From: a bacterium
GTDB lineage: Bacteria > JAHJDO01
DNA length: 64,000 nt
Direction: 5' to 3'
Assembly: GCA_030652805.1 (NCBI GenBank)
Contig: JAUSPT010000032.1
Coordinates: 109,992-173,991, forward strand
Part shown: piece after piece, positions 17,701-26,311 of the stretch
Layout: every line of letters starts with the position of its first letter
Numbering within the stretch: the first letter of the stretch is position 1
Position numbers and translations under genes: made by a program
The notes under the pieces: model-generated
The model's input: the letters and a program-made list of their open reading frames with translations, nothing else
Told to the model about the DNA's origin: nothing
The model's database searches: none

Positions 17701-19395
17701 CTATTTCTCCTCTTGCTGCGTTACTCGAAGAACTTCTTCAATAGTAGTAATTCCCTTACAAACCTTGCCCAATCCATCCTGACGCAAAGTCTTCATTCCC
17801 TGAGAAATAGCCTTGTCTCTGATTATATTAGCTGATACCCGCTTTACTATAAGTTCACGGATTTCATCATTAATTACCAGCATCTCATGTATTGCAGTCC
17901 TACCTTTGAACCCTGTAAATCTACACTTCTCGCATCCTTTTCCCATGAATATTTTTGTTTCCTGTGGTATTCCCAAACTTTTTTTCTGTATAGTAGAATT
18001 TTTTACGATCTCTTTGCAATCCTCGCATATAACTCTCAGGAGTCTTTGCGCTATCACACACTCAAGAGATGATGCCAATAAATATGCCTCTATTCCCATG
18101 TCAAGAAGCCTTGTCATAGCTCCTGCAGCATCATTTGTGTGCAGTGTAGAGAAAACAAGGTGTCCTGTAAGAGCTGTTCGTATTGTTGTTTCAGCTGTCT
18201 CAAAATCCCGTATCTCTCCTACCATCATAATGTCAGGATCATGACGAAGCATTGAACGCAGGCCTCTAGCAAACGTTAGATCTATTTTTGGTAACACTTG
18301 AATCTGAGAAATCCCCCTTAACTGATACTCAATTGGGTCTTCTATTGTAACTATTTTTTTCTCACTATCGTTTATTTCGCTTAAACATGCATACAATGTT
18401 GTAGTCTTTCCACTCCCTGTAGGCCCTGTCAGGAGAATTATTCCATGTGGCTTATGTATCACAGATTTCAAAATTTCGAGATGTCCTGAAGAAAGACCCA
18501 AGACATCCAATCCCAGAAAAACATTGCTGGATAGTAACCTCATATTCACACTTTCCCCAAAAGACGTCGGAAGAACTGATATTCTTAAATCCAGCTCAGC
18601 ATTTCCTATCTTTACTTTTATTCTTCCATCCTGAGGCATACGTCTTTCAGCTATGTTGAGAGAGGACATTATTTTTATTCTGGAAACCAGAGCCTCTCGA
18701 AAGTGCTTAATAGATTTAGGCACCTTTGCGTCATGCAGTATGCCATCAATACGGTATCTTATACGCAACTCGTCTTCATATGGTTCTATATGAATGTCAG
18801 TAGCTCTATCTCTGTATGCTTCTAAAAGTATCTGATTAACAAACTTTATTATAGAAGCATCTGCAGCTAGCTCTTCTATATTATCAACAGAAGGCTCCAC
18901 CATTTTTATTGCCTCCGTTTGAGAGGTTTGCTTCATCATTTCCTCTATAGTTTCAGCGCCAATGCCATAATATTTTTTTAAACCCTTCATAATATCTAAC
19001 TCACCGGCAAGCATTGGTTTGATCTTATAGCCAAGAAGTAATGTTAAATCATCTATAAACTCAAGATTTGACGGATCAGTTAATGCAACAGTTAACACCT
19101 TCCCTTCCAATTTGATAGGAATCAGCTCATAGTGGCATGCAAACTTTGCAGGAACCTTTTTTATTACATCCGGGGGAATAGTAAGCTTCTTTATCTGAAT
19201 ATATGAAATATTTAGTTTCTTGGATAAAAGAGGCAAAACTTCTTCTTCGGAAGCGATTCCCATTTTAACAACTGTGCGGCCAAGGAATTCTCCCATCTTC
19301 TGATGCTGCGATAAAGCCTGCTCTAGTTGCTTATCTGAGATAATATCATTTGCAACAAGCAGCTCACCTAAACGCAAATTTTCTTTAAAAAGCAT
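17701..19395 (-). CDS. gspE: GspE/PilB-family secretion ATPase with N-terminal MshEN/T2SSE_N domain
   Basis: Walker A LLTGPTGSGKTTT, Asp box, Walker B IMMVGEIRD, His box TGHLVFSTLHTND, and the tetracysteine CEDC..CEKC. Confidence 0.93.
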   Translation of the reverse strand: MLFKENLRLGELLVANDIISDKQLEQALSQHQKMGEFLGRTVVKMGIASEEEVLPLLSKKLNISYIQIKKLTIPPDVIKKVPAKFACHYELIPIKLEGKVLTVALTDPSNLEFIDDLTLLLGYKIKPMLAGELDIMKGLKKYYGIGAETIEEMMKQTSQTEAIKMVEPSVDNIEELAADASIIKFVNQILLEAYRDRATDIHIEPYEDELRIRYRIDGILHDAKVPKSIKHFREALVSRIKIMSSLNIAERRMPQDGRIKVKIGNAELDLRISVLPTSFGESVNMRLLSSNVFLGLDVLGLSSGHLEILKSVIHKPHGIILLTGPTGSGKTTTLYACLSEINDSEKKIVTIEDPIEYQLRGISQIQVLPKIDLTFARGLRSMLRHDPDIMMVGEIRDFETAETTIRTALTGHLVFSTLHTNDAAGAMTRLLDMGIEAYLLASSLECVIAQRLLRVICEDCKEIVKNSTIQKKSLGIPQETKIFMGKGCEKCRFTGFKGRTAIHEMLVINDEIRELIVKRVSANIIRDKAISQGMKTLRQDGLGKVCKGITTIEEVLRVTQQEEK

Positions 19396-19415
19396 GATAT
19401 ATCCTTTCTAACTCA

Positions 19416-21314
19416 TCAATAGTGTTTTTCTGTCTCTTCATGAATAGTAAGCTCTTTTTTCTTAGCATCATCAAGAAGCTTAAGTATGTTGTCTTCGTGC
19501 TTTATTTCATCCTTTGCTTCTTTCTCGGCGGTAGTTAGCAAACCATATTCTCCAGTGACTATATGTGGCGTAAGAAAAATCACTATTTCCTGCTTAATTA
19601 TCTCCTTATCTATCTTGCCAAACAAATACCCAAATATAGGAATTTTTCTAAAAAAGGGAATCCCGCTGTTTGCGTCTGTTAACTCATCTTTTATAAGACC
19701 TGCCATAACTATTGTAACACCATCCTTTACCATAACTGTTGTTTCTGTCTCGGATTTTGAGACTATGGGTATAGTATTTCCCTCAGATGTTGTTACAGTG
19801 CCTGAAACTGAGCTTACTTCAGGCTTGATCTTCATTGTAATAAAACCATGTTCATTTATTGTTGGTGTAACAGAAAGCGTTACTCCTACATCAACATTTG
19901 TTACACTTTCTGCAGTCTCTGTTGTGGAAGAGCCCTGTGAGACAGTAGTAGTAACATAGGGTCTTGTTTCTCCTACATGTATTCTGGCTTCAGCATTGTT
20001 GATAACAGTTATTCTCGGGCTCTGGAGAAGATTTGTCTTACCGATTGTATTCAGTGCCTGAAGAAAGCCTGTATATTTATCTACAGCCAGCTTACCAAGA
20101 GAAAGGGTCATACCAGGAGAAAAGCTATCCTTTGCAGCCAGTTCAAATTTACCTATGATCTCTGCGCTTTTGTTCTTTGAGAAAAGATAATCCCAGTTTA
20201 CGCCCATTTTGTATTCATCAGTTAGAGTGATCTGGATAATTCTTGCTTCAATTAATACCTCTCTTGTTCTTGCATCAGCAGCCCTGATTATTTCAGAAAG
20301 TTTTCCCATATTTGAAGGCAGGTCTGTTATGATTATTTTATTTGTCGCCTTATCTCCAATGACACTGCCAATATTCTTGGTAACTTCTTTTGCAAGTTTT
20401 GCTTCTATATCTTCAACCTTAGCATAATTAAGTTCAAATACTTCTGTAACTGTTGCGGCTCTAGAATCACATTCCTCAATAACTCTTGCTGCTAGTTCAA
20501 CGTTTTCCGGTACATCAATAAGTATAATCTTACCTGCTTTCTGGTCTATCTGAATATGTCCCTTGCTGGAGATAATTTTTTTCAGCTTTCCCTCCATCTC
20601 CTTAGGATCTGTATACTCAAGTATAAAGGTTTTTGTGATATAAGGACTATCTAATTCCTTAATAATTTCGTCAAGTCTTGATTCTGCGTTAATAACATCA
20701 TTTATAATTAATGTGTTTGTTCTCTCATCAACAACAATTCTCCCAATCTTTGTTTTCATCTGATCCAGTGCTTTTTTTACATCAGTAGCCGTTGCATATT
20801 TTAGCTGATATATTTTAATTTCCCTCGGATCTTTGAATTGCCTGCCATGAATTGTCTCATATTCTCTCTCAGTCATTACTTTAATAATATCCCCTTTTTC
20901 TTCATAAGCAAGGTTATTTGTCTCAAATATCATTCTGAGCACATCCCATGCCTCCACATTTCTTAAAAAGATACTTATTTTCCCTTTTACACTATTACTG
21001 GCAACAATATTCACTCCGCTTTTTTTAGACAGAAGCTTAAATGCTTCCAGGATATCCATATTCTTGAGTTCCAAAAGAGTGATCTTTGAAGAAGATATAT
21101 TGTCTGTCTCTTTGATAGATGTTTTTGGAGACGTTCTGATGGGCATTTTTAAAGGCGTTTTTTTTACCTCTGGAGGTGTTCTCTCAGCTTCTTCAAAAGA
21201 TACTAGAGGAGGCGCCTCTAAAGGTTCTTCAGTTTGGGAAAACACTGATATTTTGGGTTGAGTACAAACAAATGCTACCATCAAAAACAAAACTATTATT
21301 CTCATAGTAAACAC
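19416..21314 (-). CDS. gspD: Secretin GspD/PilQ family
   Basis: Signal peptide, N-terminal secretin N-domains (LELKNMDILEAFKLLSKKSGVNIV), C-terminal secretin core (GIPFFRKIPIFGYLFG...IVIFLTPHIV). Confidence 0.9.
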   Translation of the reverse strand: MFTMRIIVLFLMVAFVCTQPKISVFSQTEEPLEAPPLVSFEEAERTPPEVKKTPLKMPIRTSPKTSIKETDNISSSKITLLELKNMDILEAFKLLSKKSGVNIVASNSVKGKISIFLRNVEAWDVLRMIFETNNLAYEEKGDIIKVMTEREYETIHGRQFKDPREIKIYQLKYATATDVKKALDQMKTKIGRIVVDERTNTLIINDVINAESRLDEIIKELDSPYITKTFILEYTDPKEMEGKLKKIISSKGHIQIDQKAGKIILIDVPENVELAARVIEECDSRAATVTEVFELNYAKVEDIEAKLAKEVTKNIGSVIGDKATNKIIITDLPSNMGKLSEIIRAADARTREVLIEARIIQITLTDEYKMGVNWDYLFSKNKSAEIIGKFELAAKDSFSPGMTLSLGKLAVDKYTGFLQALNTIGKTNLLQSPRITVINNAEARIHVGETRPYVTTTVSQGSSTTETAESVTNVDVGVTLSVTPTINEHGFITMKIKPEVSSVSGTVTTSEGNTIPIVSKSETETTVMVKDGVTIVMAGLIKDELTDANSGIPFFRKIPIFGYLFGKIDKEIIKQEIVIFLTPHIVTGEYGLLTTAEKEAKDEIKHEDNILKLLDDAKKKELTIHEETEKHY

Positions 21315-21322
21315 TCCTTTTT

Positions 21323-21976
21323 TTATAGAAATAAATCTATTGTTTCTGTTCCATAACTTAAAGTAACACTTGATTCTGAAATTTTGCTGACTTTTAACTC
21401 TCCCACAGTACTTCCTTCATTAACATAATGAACACTTTTTGTCTTTCCGTTTTCTATAATTGCCTGAGGGCTCTCATCTAAGACTATTCCAACCAGATTT
21501 AGATCCTTTACAAGCTGCTTCATATCTATCCCTACCTCTGGCAGAATAACAGGACTGGCTGTTAATTGCTTAAATAGATTACGCTTTTTTGCCATTGATG
21601 AATAGAATGAAGATGGTTCCAAATTCTGGATTTTTAGATCAATTTGTTGCTTTTTCTCTATGCTTTTTAAGGAAACGACTCTTGAGCTTGGGATTAATAT
21701 CTCTTCTGATGTTCCAGGTCTTATCCAGATATAAGCTGCATAAATAAGAAGCACAAAAACAACAACAGAAAGTATTTGATTAATTGACATGACTGGTTTT
21801 GTTTTTAATATAGAAAGCACCTGTTTTAACCGATCAGAGCGAACCGAAAATTTTACAAGCTCCCTAGAACCTGTTTGCTCCTTTTTTTCTCCTCTTATTA
21901 ATCTCAACAATCGATCTTCAGGATGAAAGTTATTCATTACGCTCAATAGTTTTAAGAACAAGTTCTTTATCAACAA
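21323..21976 (-). CDS. Membrane-anchored hypothetical protein, possibly GspC/PilP-like secretin-interacting component
   Basis: One TM (ILSVVVFVLLIYAAYIWI) and a beta-rich C-terminus (VHYVNEGSTVGELKVSKISESSVTLSY). Sits between the ExeA-like gene and the secretin. The likely start is the ATG at 21937 (ATGAATAA overlap with the upstream stop). Confidence 0.4.
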   Translation of the reverse strand: MLIKNLFLKLLSVMNNFHPEDRLLRLIRGEKKEQTGSRELVKFSVRSDRLKQVLSILKTKPVMSINQILSVVVFVLLIYAAYIWIRPGTSEEILIPSSRVVSLKSIEKKQQIDLKIQNLEPSSFYSSMAKKRNLFKQLTASPVILPEVGIDMKQLVKDLNLVGIVLDESPQAIIENGKTKSVHYVNEGSTVGELKVSKISESSVTLSYGTETIDLFL

Positions 21977-22742
21977 TCTTCTTGCCCTCTATAATCAAAT
22001 TCTCTAATGTATCGTGACACAATAGGGCTATTCTTCTGGGATATCCAAGAGAGTATTTATATATCTCATCCATAGCGTCATCTGTAAAAACATCTCTAAA
22101 ATTATCCACTCCTGCCTGCCTGAGACGAAACAGAATCAGTTTCTTTGTATCCTCCTGGCCTAGAGGGTTGATAATATATTTTAAACTAACTCTGTCAGTA
22201 AAATTCCTGACATGTTTTATCTTAGGAAGCAATTCCAGCTGAGCCATGATAATAAGCTGTAAGAGCTTATATTTATTAGTTTCATAATTCAAAAGAGTGC
22301 GCAAAATCTCCAAAAAAGGCAGTGACAGCTTTTGTCCTTCATCAATTAATAGAACTATTGTTCTCTCTTCATCTACGCCTTTCTGGAACAGGTACCTTTC
22401 AATAGCATCCTGACAATCCATTGCTGAACGGATGCCTTCATTTATGCCAAAACGCCTTGCTAAGGAATTAAGGAATTGAAATTCTGATTTATAGTTTGGA
22501 TTCAATATCATATGAAAAATAAAGCTATTTTCGTTATGAAAAGATTGTATAAGAATTCTGCTCAATGTAGTCTTTCCAACACCAACATCCCCAAGAATTA
22601 AGCTTAGTCCTCTTTTTAGGCGAATTGCAATCTCAAGTCTTCTTAATGCACTGCCATGTTCTCGCGATTGATAAAAGAAATTAGGATCCGGACTCGTAGA
22701 AAAGGGTTCTTCTTTTAATCCTAATTCATTAAAATAACTCAT
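21930..22742 (-). CDS. ExeA/GspA-like AAA ATPase
   Basis: FF.S..H..AL..L, LILGDVGVGKTTL (Walker A), VLLIDEGQ (Walker B). COG3267-type architecture. Confidence 0.82.
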   Translation of the reverse strand: MSYFNELGLKEEPFSTSPDPNFFYQSREHGSALRRLEIAIRLKRGLSLILGDVGVGKTTLSRILIQSFHNENSFIFHMILNPNYKSEFQFLNSLARRFGINEGIRSAMDCQDAIERYLFQKGVDEERTIVLLIDEGQKLSLPFLEILRTLLNYETNKYKLLQLIIMAQLELLPKIKHVRNFTDRVSLKYIINPLGQEDTKKLILFRLRQAGVDNFRDVFTDDAMDEIYKYSLGYPRRIALLCHDTLENLIIEGKKIVDKELVLKTIERNE

Positions 22743-22975
22743 TTTAATGCCTCTTCTTTTATCCTGCTCTGTATTTTCCCTATAGAAATCCCCTCTTTTC
22801 TCAATCTTCTTATTTCAGCTAACTGCTTAACTGTAGAATCATCAAAGTATCTGTAGTTTAATTGAGACGTTCGCCCAACTTCTTTTATTAAGCCAAGTTT
22901 TAAGTAATACTTTATTGTATAAACAGAGATACTTGTCGCACATGATAAGTCTTTAACAAGATAAATATTTTCCAT
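22739..22975 (-). CDS. MerR-family helix-turn-helix protein
   Basis: YLVKDLSCATSISVYTIKYYLKLGLI...RYFDDSTVKQLAEIRRLRKEGISI. First gene of the secretion operon. Confidence 0.8.
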   Translation of the reverse strand: MENIYLVKDLSCATSISVYTIKYYLKLGLIKEVGRTSQLNYRYFDDSTVKQLAEIRRLRKEGISIGKIQSRIKEEALK

Positions 22976-22984
22976 AATTCCAAT

Positions 22985-23204
22985 CTACTCTCTAGGTGAA
23001 GAGTAGTTTAGCAAAACACTCATTGCTTGTCAAGTCAGTCTGTTGTCCCCTCAACCGCCTGCTTGAACTCACCCTGACCCTCTCTCCCCCTCAACCGCCT
23101 GCTTTAGCTGGCGGTTATTGTAGGGGTATTGTAGGAGCACAATATCTTGTGCCCAATCTCGTTTGTCATTCTACGATTTGATTGGGAAATTCAGGTGGTT
23201 GAGG
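22985..23204. repeat. Repeat- and hairpin-dense intergenic region between the secretion operon and the defense operon
   Basis: IR CTACTCT-N8-AGAGTAG (22985-23006). CCCCTCAACCGCCTGCTT occurs twice, at 23047 and 23087. Hairpin AACCGCC-N9-GGCGGTT (23094-23116). TATTGTAGG occurs twice in tandem. Palindrome GCACAAtatcTTGTGC (23137-52). CCCAATC/GATTGGG arms. An inverted copy CAGGTGGTTGAGG lies at 23192-23204. Confidence 0.75.
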
Positions 23205-23229
23205 ATTTGAGTGTGTTTTTTCTGTATTT

Positions 23230-24630
23230 TTATTTTGGTCGCAGTTTTTTTGTTTGAAAGTATTTGTTGATAGCATTACTTTTCGTCTCACATTTAATAA
23301 TAAAATCATATTCTCGAATTATGCCCATCAAACTCCAAACAAGAGCTATCTTCAAAGCAAGCAAATCTTCCCAGCAGTTTTTATTTTCCTCAAAATCTTT
23401 GCCGTGGTGAATAATTTTATTACGCCAATCTAAAAGTTTTCTATATTTGGCATAGTTTTCAATTCTTTTCTCAAGATCCATTGAGGTTAATAATGAAACG
23501 TTTTCTGCTATAATATGACTGTTGGTACCTGATTCTCCTGTAGAAAACAACGTCTCTAATGAGATGAAATAGTCGAGTGCAGAATCCGTGTTGTCTTCTT
23601 CTATAATTGCCCTAAGAAACCAGTCGAGAGAACGAAGTATTTTCTTTGGAAGCGTTTTGTTCTGAGATTCTATGCAAATTTGGTTAAATTTTCCAAGATG
23701 ACATTTATTCATGAGTTCTGTTACTGTTTCGTTAGTTATAATTATTTTTTCCCTTGAAAGCATTAATTTTTCAAATCGTGTATTAATTTGTATAATTGCC
23801 TTTTCTTTTCCTATTTCGTGTATAAAATATTTCTGGTATCCAGTTTGATTGTTTGTTACAAAAAGTCCTGTAGTAACAGTCTCTTTTTTTATTTCAAACC
23901 CCTTTTGCGCATTTCCAAGAAATGTGTCACAGACATGCAAAAAGGAGAAAAGTGTTTTAAATTCAGTCAAAGCATGTTCAAATACTGATGAAAGCTCATC
24001 GCTCAGGTGAAACCCATTAATATTTATCTCAAGAGCTGTATGCCCTTTCAATGCCTCTCGTTTTAGTGGGGATGAGATAGATGGAAATAACTTGGAAAAA
24101 TCCAATCCCCCTTCAATATTTTTAGGTAGTTTTTGTATGTAACCGTCATCAACATCGTTGAGAGATATGTTCCCAATTTTTAATTTTTTGGGACCATGTA
24201 AAATTACCAGATCAGTAAAAAGCAATACTTTATACTTGGCGCTATTTTTCTTGAGAGTATCTTTAATAAATTTTTCAGCAAAATAAACATCTTCTTGTTC
24301 TAGATACTTGTTTAACACGTCAGTAGGCGAGTGCTCTCGAGAAATTATTCGCTTTGTTAAGTTATGTATTAGTGAACGATAAAGGGCTGAAGCAGACGCA
24401 TTATTAATTTTTTCTTTATATTTAGGTAGTTCGTCAATGACAAAATTTTTAAACGCATAGGGAAGATAGAGAAATTGTTTGTTGTCGTATTTTAAATTTC
24501 CATCGAATACATCTAAACTTTCTCTCTTTTCTTCATCAAATGAATTTTCAAGTCCAATGCAATTTAAACCGATTCGTGTGATAGCAATTAATTTGTGTTC
24601 AAATTTATTCTTTCCTTTGAAAATTTTCAC
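23230..24630 (-). CDS. 466-aa hypothetical protein with a C-terminal HEPN-like region (candidate ApeA-like abortive-infection RNase)
   Basis: The C-terminal helical region ALDYFISLETLFS...IAENVSLL...LLDWRNKIIHHG contains an Rx4H motif (R403..H408, nt 23407-23424). No recognisable N-terminal domain. Last gene of the methyltransferase-nuclease operon. Confidence 0.5.
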   Translation of the reverse strand: MKIFKGKNKFEHKLIAITRIGLNCIGLENSFDEEKRESLDVFDGNLKYDNKQFLYLPYAFKNFVIDELPKYKEKINNASASALYRSLIHNLTKRIISREHSPTDVLNKYLEQEDVYFAEKFIKDTLKKNSAKYKVLLFTDLVILHGPKKLKIGNISLNDVDDGYIQKLPKNIEGGLDFSKLFPSISSPLKREALKGHTALEININGFHLSDELSSVFEHALTEFKTLFSFLHVCDTFLGNAQKGFEIKKETVTTGLFVTNNQTGYQKYFIHEIGKEKAIIQINTRFEKLMLSREKIIITNETVTELMNKCHLGKFNQICIESQNKTLPKKILRSLDWFLRAIIEEDNTDSALDYFISLETLFSTGESGTNSHIIAENVSLLTSMDLEKRIENYAKYRKLLDWRNKIIHHGKDFEENKNCWEDLLALKIALVWSLMGIIREYDFIIKCETKSNAINKYFQTKKLRPK

Positions 24631-24699
24631 GCTTTTTCTCCATCTGATGTCTACTTTAAAGCAAATCGGGAAAATGTCAGGTGGAACGATTTAATAGAA

Positions 24700-25308
24700 T
24701 CATATTTTTATAAACTCTTTGAGAAATTTTGGTCTTGCATAAAAAGCTCTTGATGTAGATCCATGACCTGCGCCTTTTGTTCTTGGCTGAATATAAACAC
24801 CCATTGCACCTGTTAATGAATCAAATCCCCGAGAAGAATCAAGCAAAGCGTCTCTAACAAGATCATAGTCTGCTTTTACTGCTTCGTACAAGCTATCGTG
24901 CAAATCAAATTCAACGATAGAATGAATATAGCTTGGATCATTTACGGTATTCCCAACTATTCTTGCGACAACAACTGCTTTTTTAAGCTTTGCCAACAAG
25001 TGACTATCCTTAAACTTTTTCTGACAAACATTGACAGGATCAATCATCGTAATAGCCATAGTCTCTTTGAATGCAAGTTTTCCACTCTTTAGATATTTCA
25101 ATGGAATTGATTTTAACTCCCAAGAACCAAAATTAGGTGATTGGGCAGAATTTATAGGCAATTCTAAAAACCGCTCAAAGACATGACCAGCCCAACCTTT
25201 ATTTACTTTCATGTTTCGATATATAGTAATTCCATATTCATTAGCTAATTCGTGAAGTTCTTTACCTACAAGTTGCTGTAATTTCTCTACGGCTTCCGTT
25301 CTTTTCAT
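24700..25308 (-). CDS. MutH/Sau3AI-fold type II restriction endonuclease-like protein
   Basis: NKGWAGHVFERFLELPINSAQSPNFGSWELKSIPL aligns by eye to E. coli MutH [36 protein letters not shown]. ExK is conserved, but the D70 position reads N. Confidence 0.75.
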   Translation of the reverse strand: MKRTEAVEKLQQLVGKELHELANEYGITIYRNMKVNKGWAGHVFERFLELPINSAQSPNFGSWELKSIPLKYLKSGKLAFKETMAITMIDPVNVCQKKFKDSHLLAKLKKAVVVARIVGNTVNDPSYIHSIVEFDLHDSLYEAVKADYDLVRDALLDSSRGFDSLTGAMGVYIQPRTKGAGHGSTSRAFYARPKFLKEFIKI

Positions 25309-25325
25309 TTTTAATTTCTCCTACA

Positions 25326-26180
25326 TTATGGCAATAAGCCGTATTCACTTTCTTTTTCTCGAACTTCATTATTTGAAGATAATGATAATTTATTGTTAAC
25401 AAGCTCGTCTTTCAACCTTGGAATAGCATACTTATCAAAATATTCCTGTTCCAAATCTATGCCAGCAAATTTGCGCTTATGTTTTAATGCTGCGACTCCA
25501 GTGGTTGCACTGCCACAAAAAGGGTCTAATATGATGTCTCCTTCATTACTTGTGGCTAATATCACTCTTTCTAATAAGGATTCTGGTTTTTGAGTTGGGT
25601 GCTTACCATATTTTTTTTCGCCATTTTTTGGTGTTCCAATCGCCCAAATACTTCTCATCTGCTTTTTGGATTTCTTAATAAAATCATTTGGGAAGCAGCC
25701 ATCTCTCATTACATCATAATTAAAAGTATGTTTTGCTTTTTTATCTTTTCTAGCCCATAACAAAGTTTCGTGACTTGCTGTAAACATTCTGCACGAAAGA
25801 TTAGGCGCAGCATTTGGTTTATACCAACAAATATCATTTACGATATGCCAACCTTGTTTTTGAAGGGCGAAACCACACGCATATATTGAATGATAAGTCC
25901 CTGAAATCCATAAAGAACCATTTGGTTTCAATACACGTTTACACGCTTTGATCCAGTTATAATGGAATTTGAAATCTTCTTCTATCCCTTGGCTTTTATC
26001 CCATTTCCCTTTGTTGACACTCACTCTTTTTCCAGCATGGCAGGTAAATCCGTCATTTGACAGGTTGTATGGCGGATCTGCAAAAATCAAATCAATGACT
26101 TTTTCTGGCAGTTGGTTGAGTGTTTTAACTACATCGCCAAGAAATAATCTGACGTTTATTTCTTTAAAATAGGCTTCCAT
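25326..26180 (-). CDS. Beta-class DNA methyltransferase (DPPY; probably N6-adenine, N4-cytosine not excluded)
   Basis: Motif IV IFADPPYNLS lies near the N-terminus. Motif I ILDPFCGSATTG lies near the C-terminus (beta-class order). Confidence 0.88.
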   Translation of the reverse strand: MEAYFKEINVRLFLGDVVKTLNQLPEKVIDLIFADPPYNLSNDGFTCHAGKRVSVNKGKWDKSQGIEEDFKFHYNWIKACKRVLKPNGSLWISGTYHSIYACGFALQKQGWHIVNDICWYKPNAAPNLSCRMFTASHETLLWARKDKKAKHTFNYDVMRDGCFPNDFIKKSKKQMRSIWAIGTPKNGEKKYGKHPTQKPESLLERVILATSNEGDIILDPFCGSATTGVAALKHKRKFAGIDLEQEYFDKYAIPRLKDELVNNKLSLSSNNEVREKESEYGLLP

Positions 26181-26311
26181 TCTTTATTCCTAAATTTTTC
26201 TCTTCTCTCAATACCTTATTATACCCCACCATCCCAAAATCATAAAGGATAAATTAAGGATAAATGGAGAAGGAGGAAGGAAAAGGGCACAGATAGATTA
26301 TGAAATACTCT

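Noticed and set aside
23230-26311. Defense cassette bounded by direct repeats (att-like duplication)
   Set aside because: The CCTCAACCGCCTG words occur only on the 23.0-23.2 kb side. I found no copy in the 26181-26311 intergenic region, so no island borders can be claimed.
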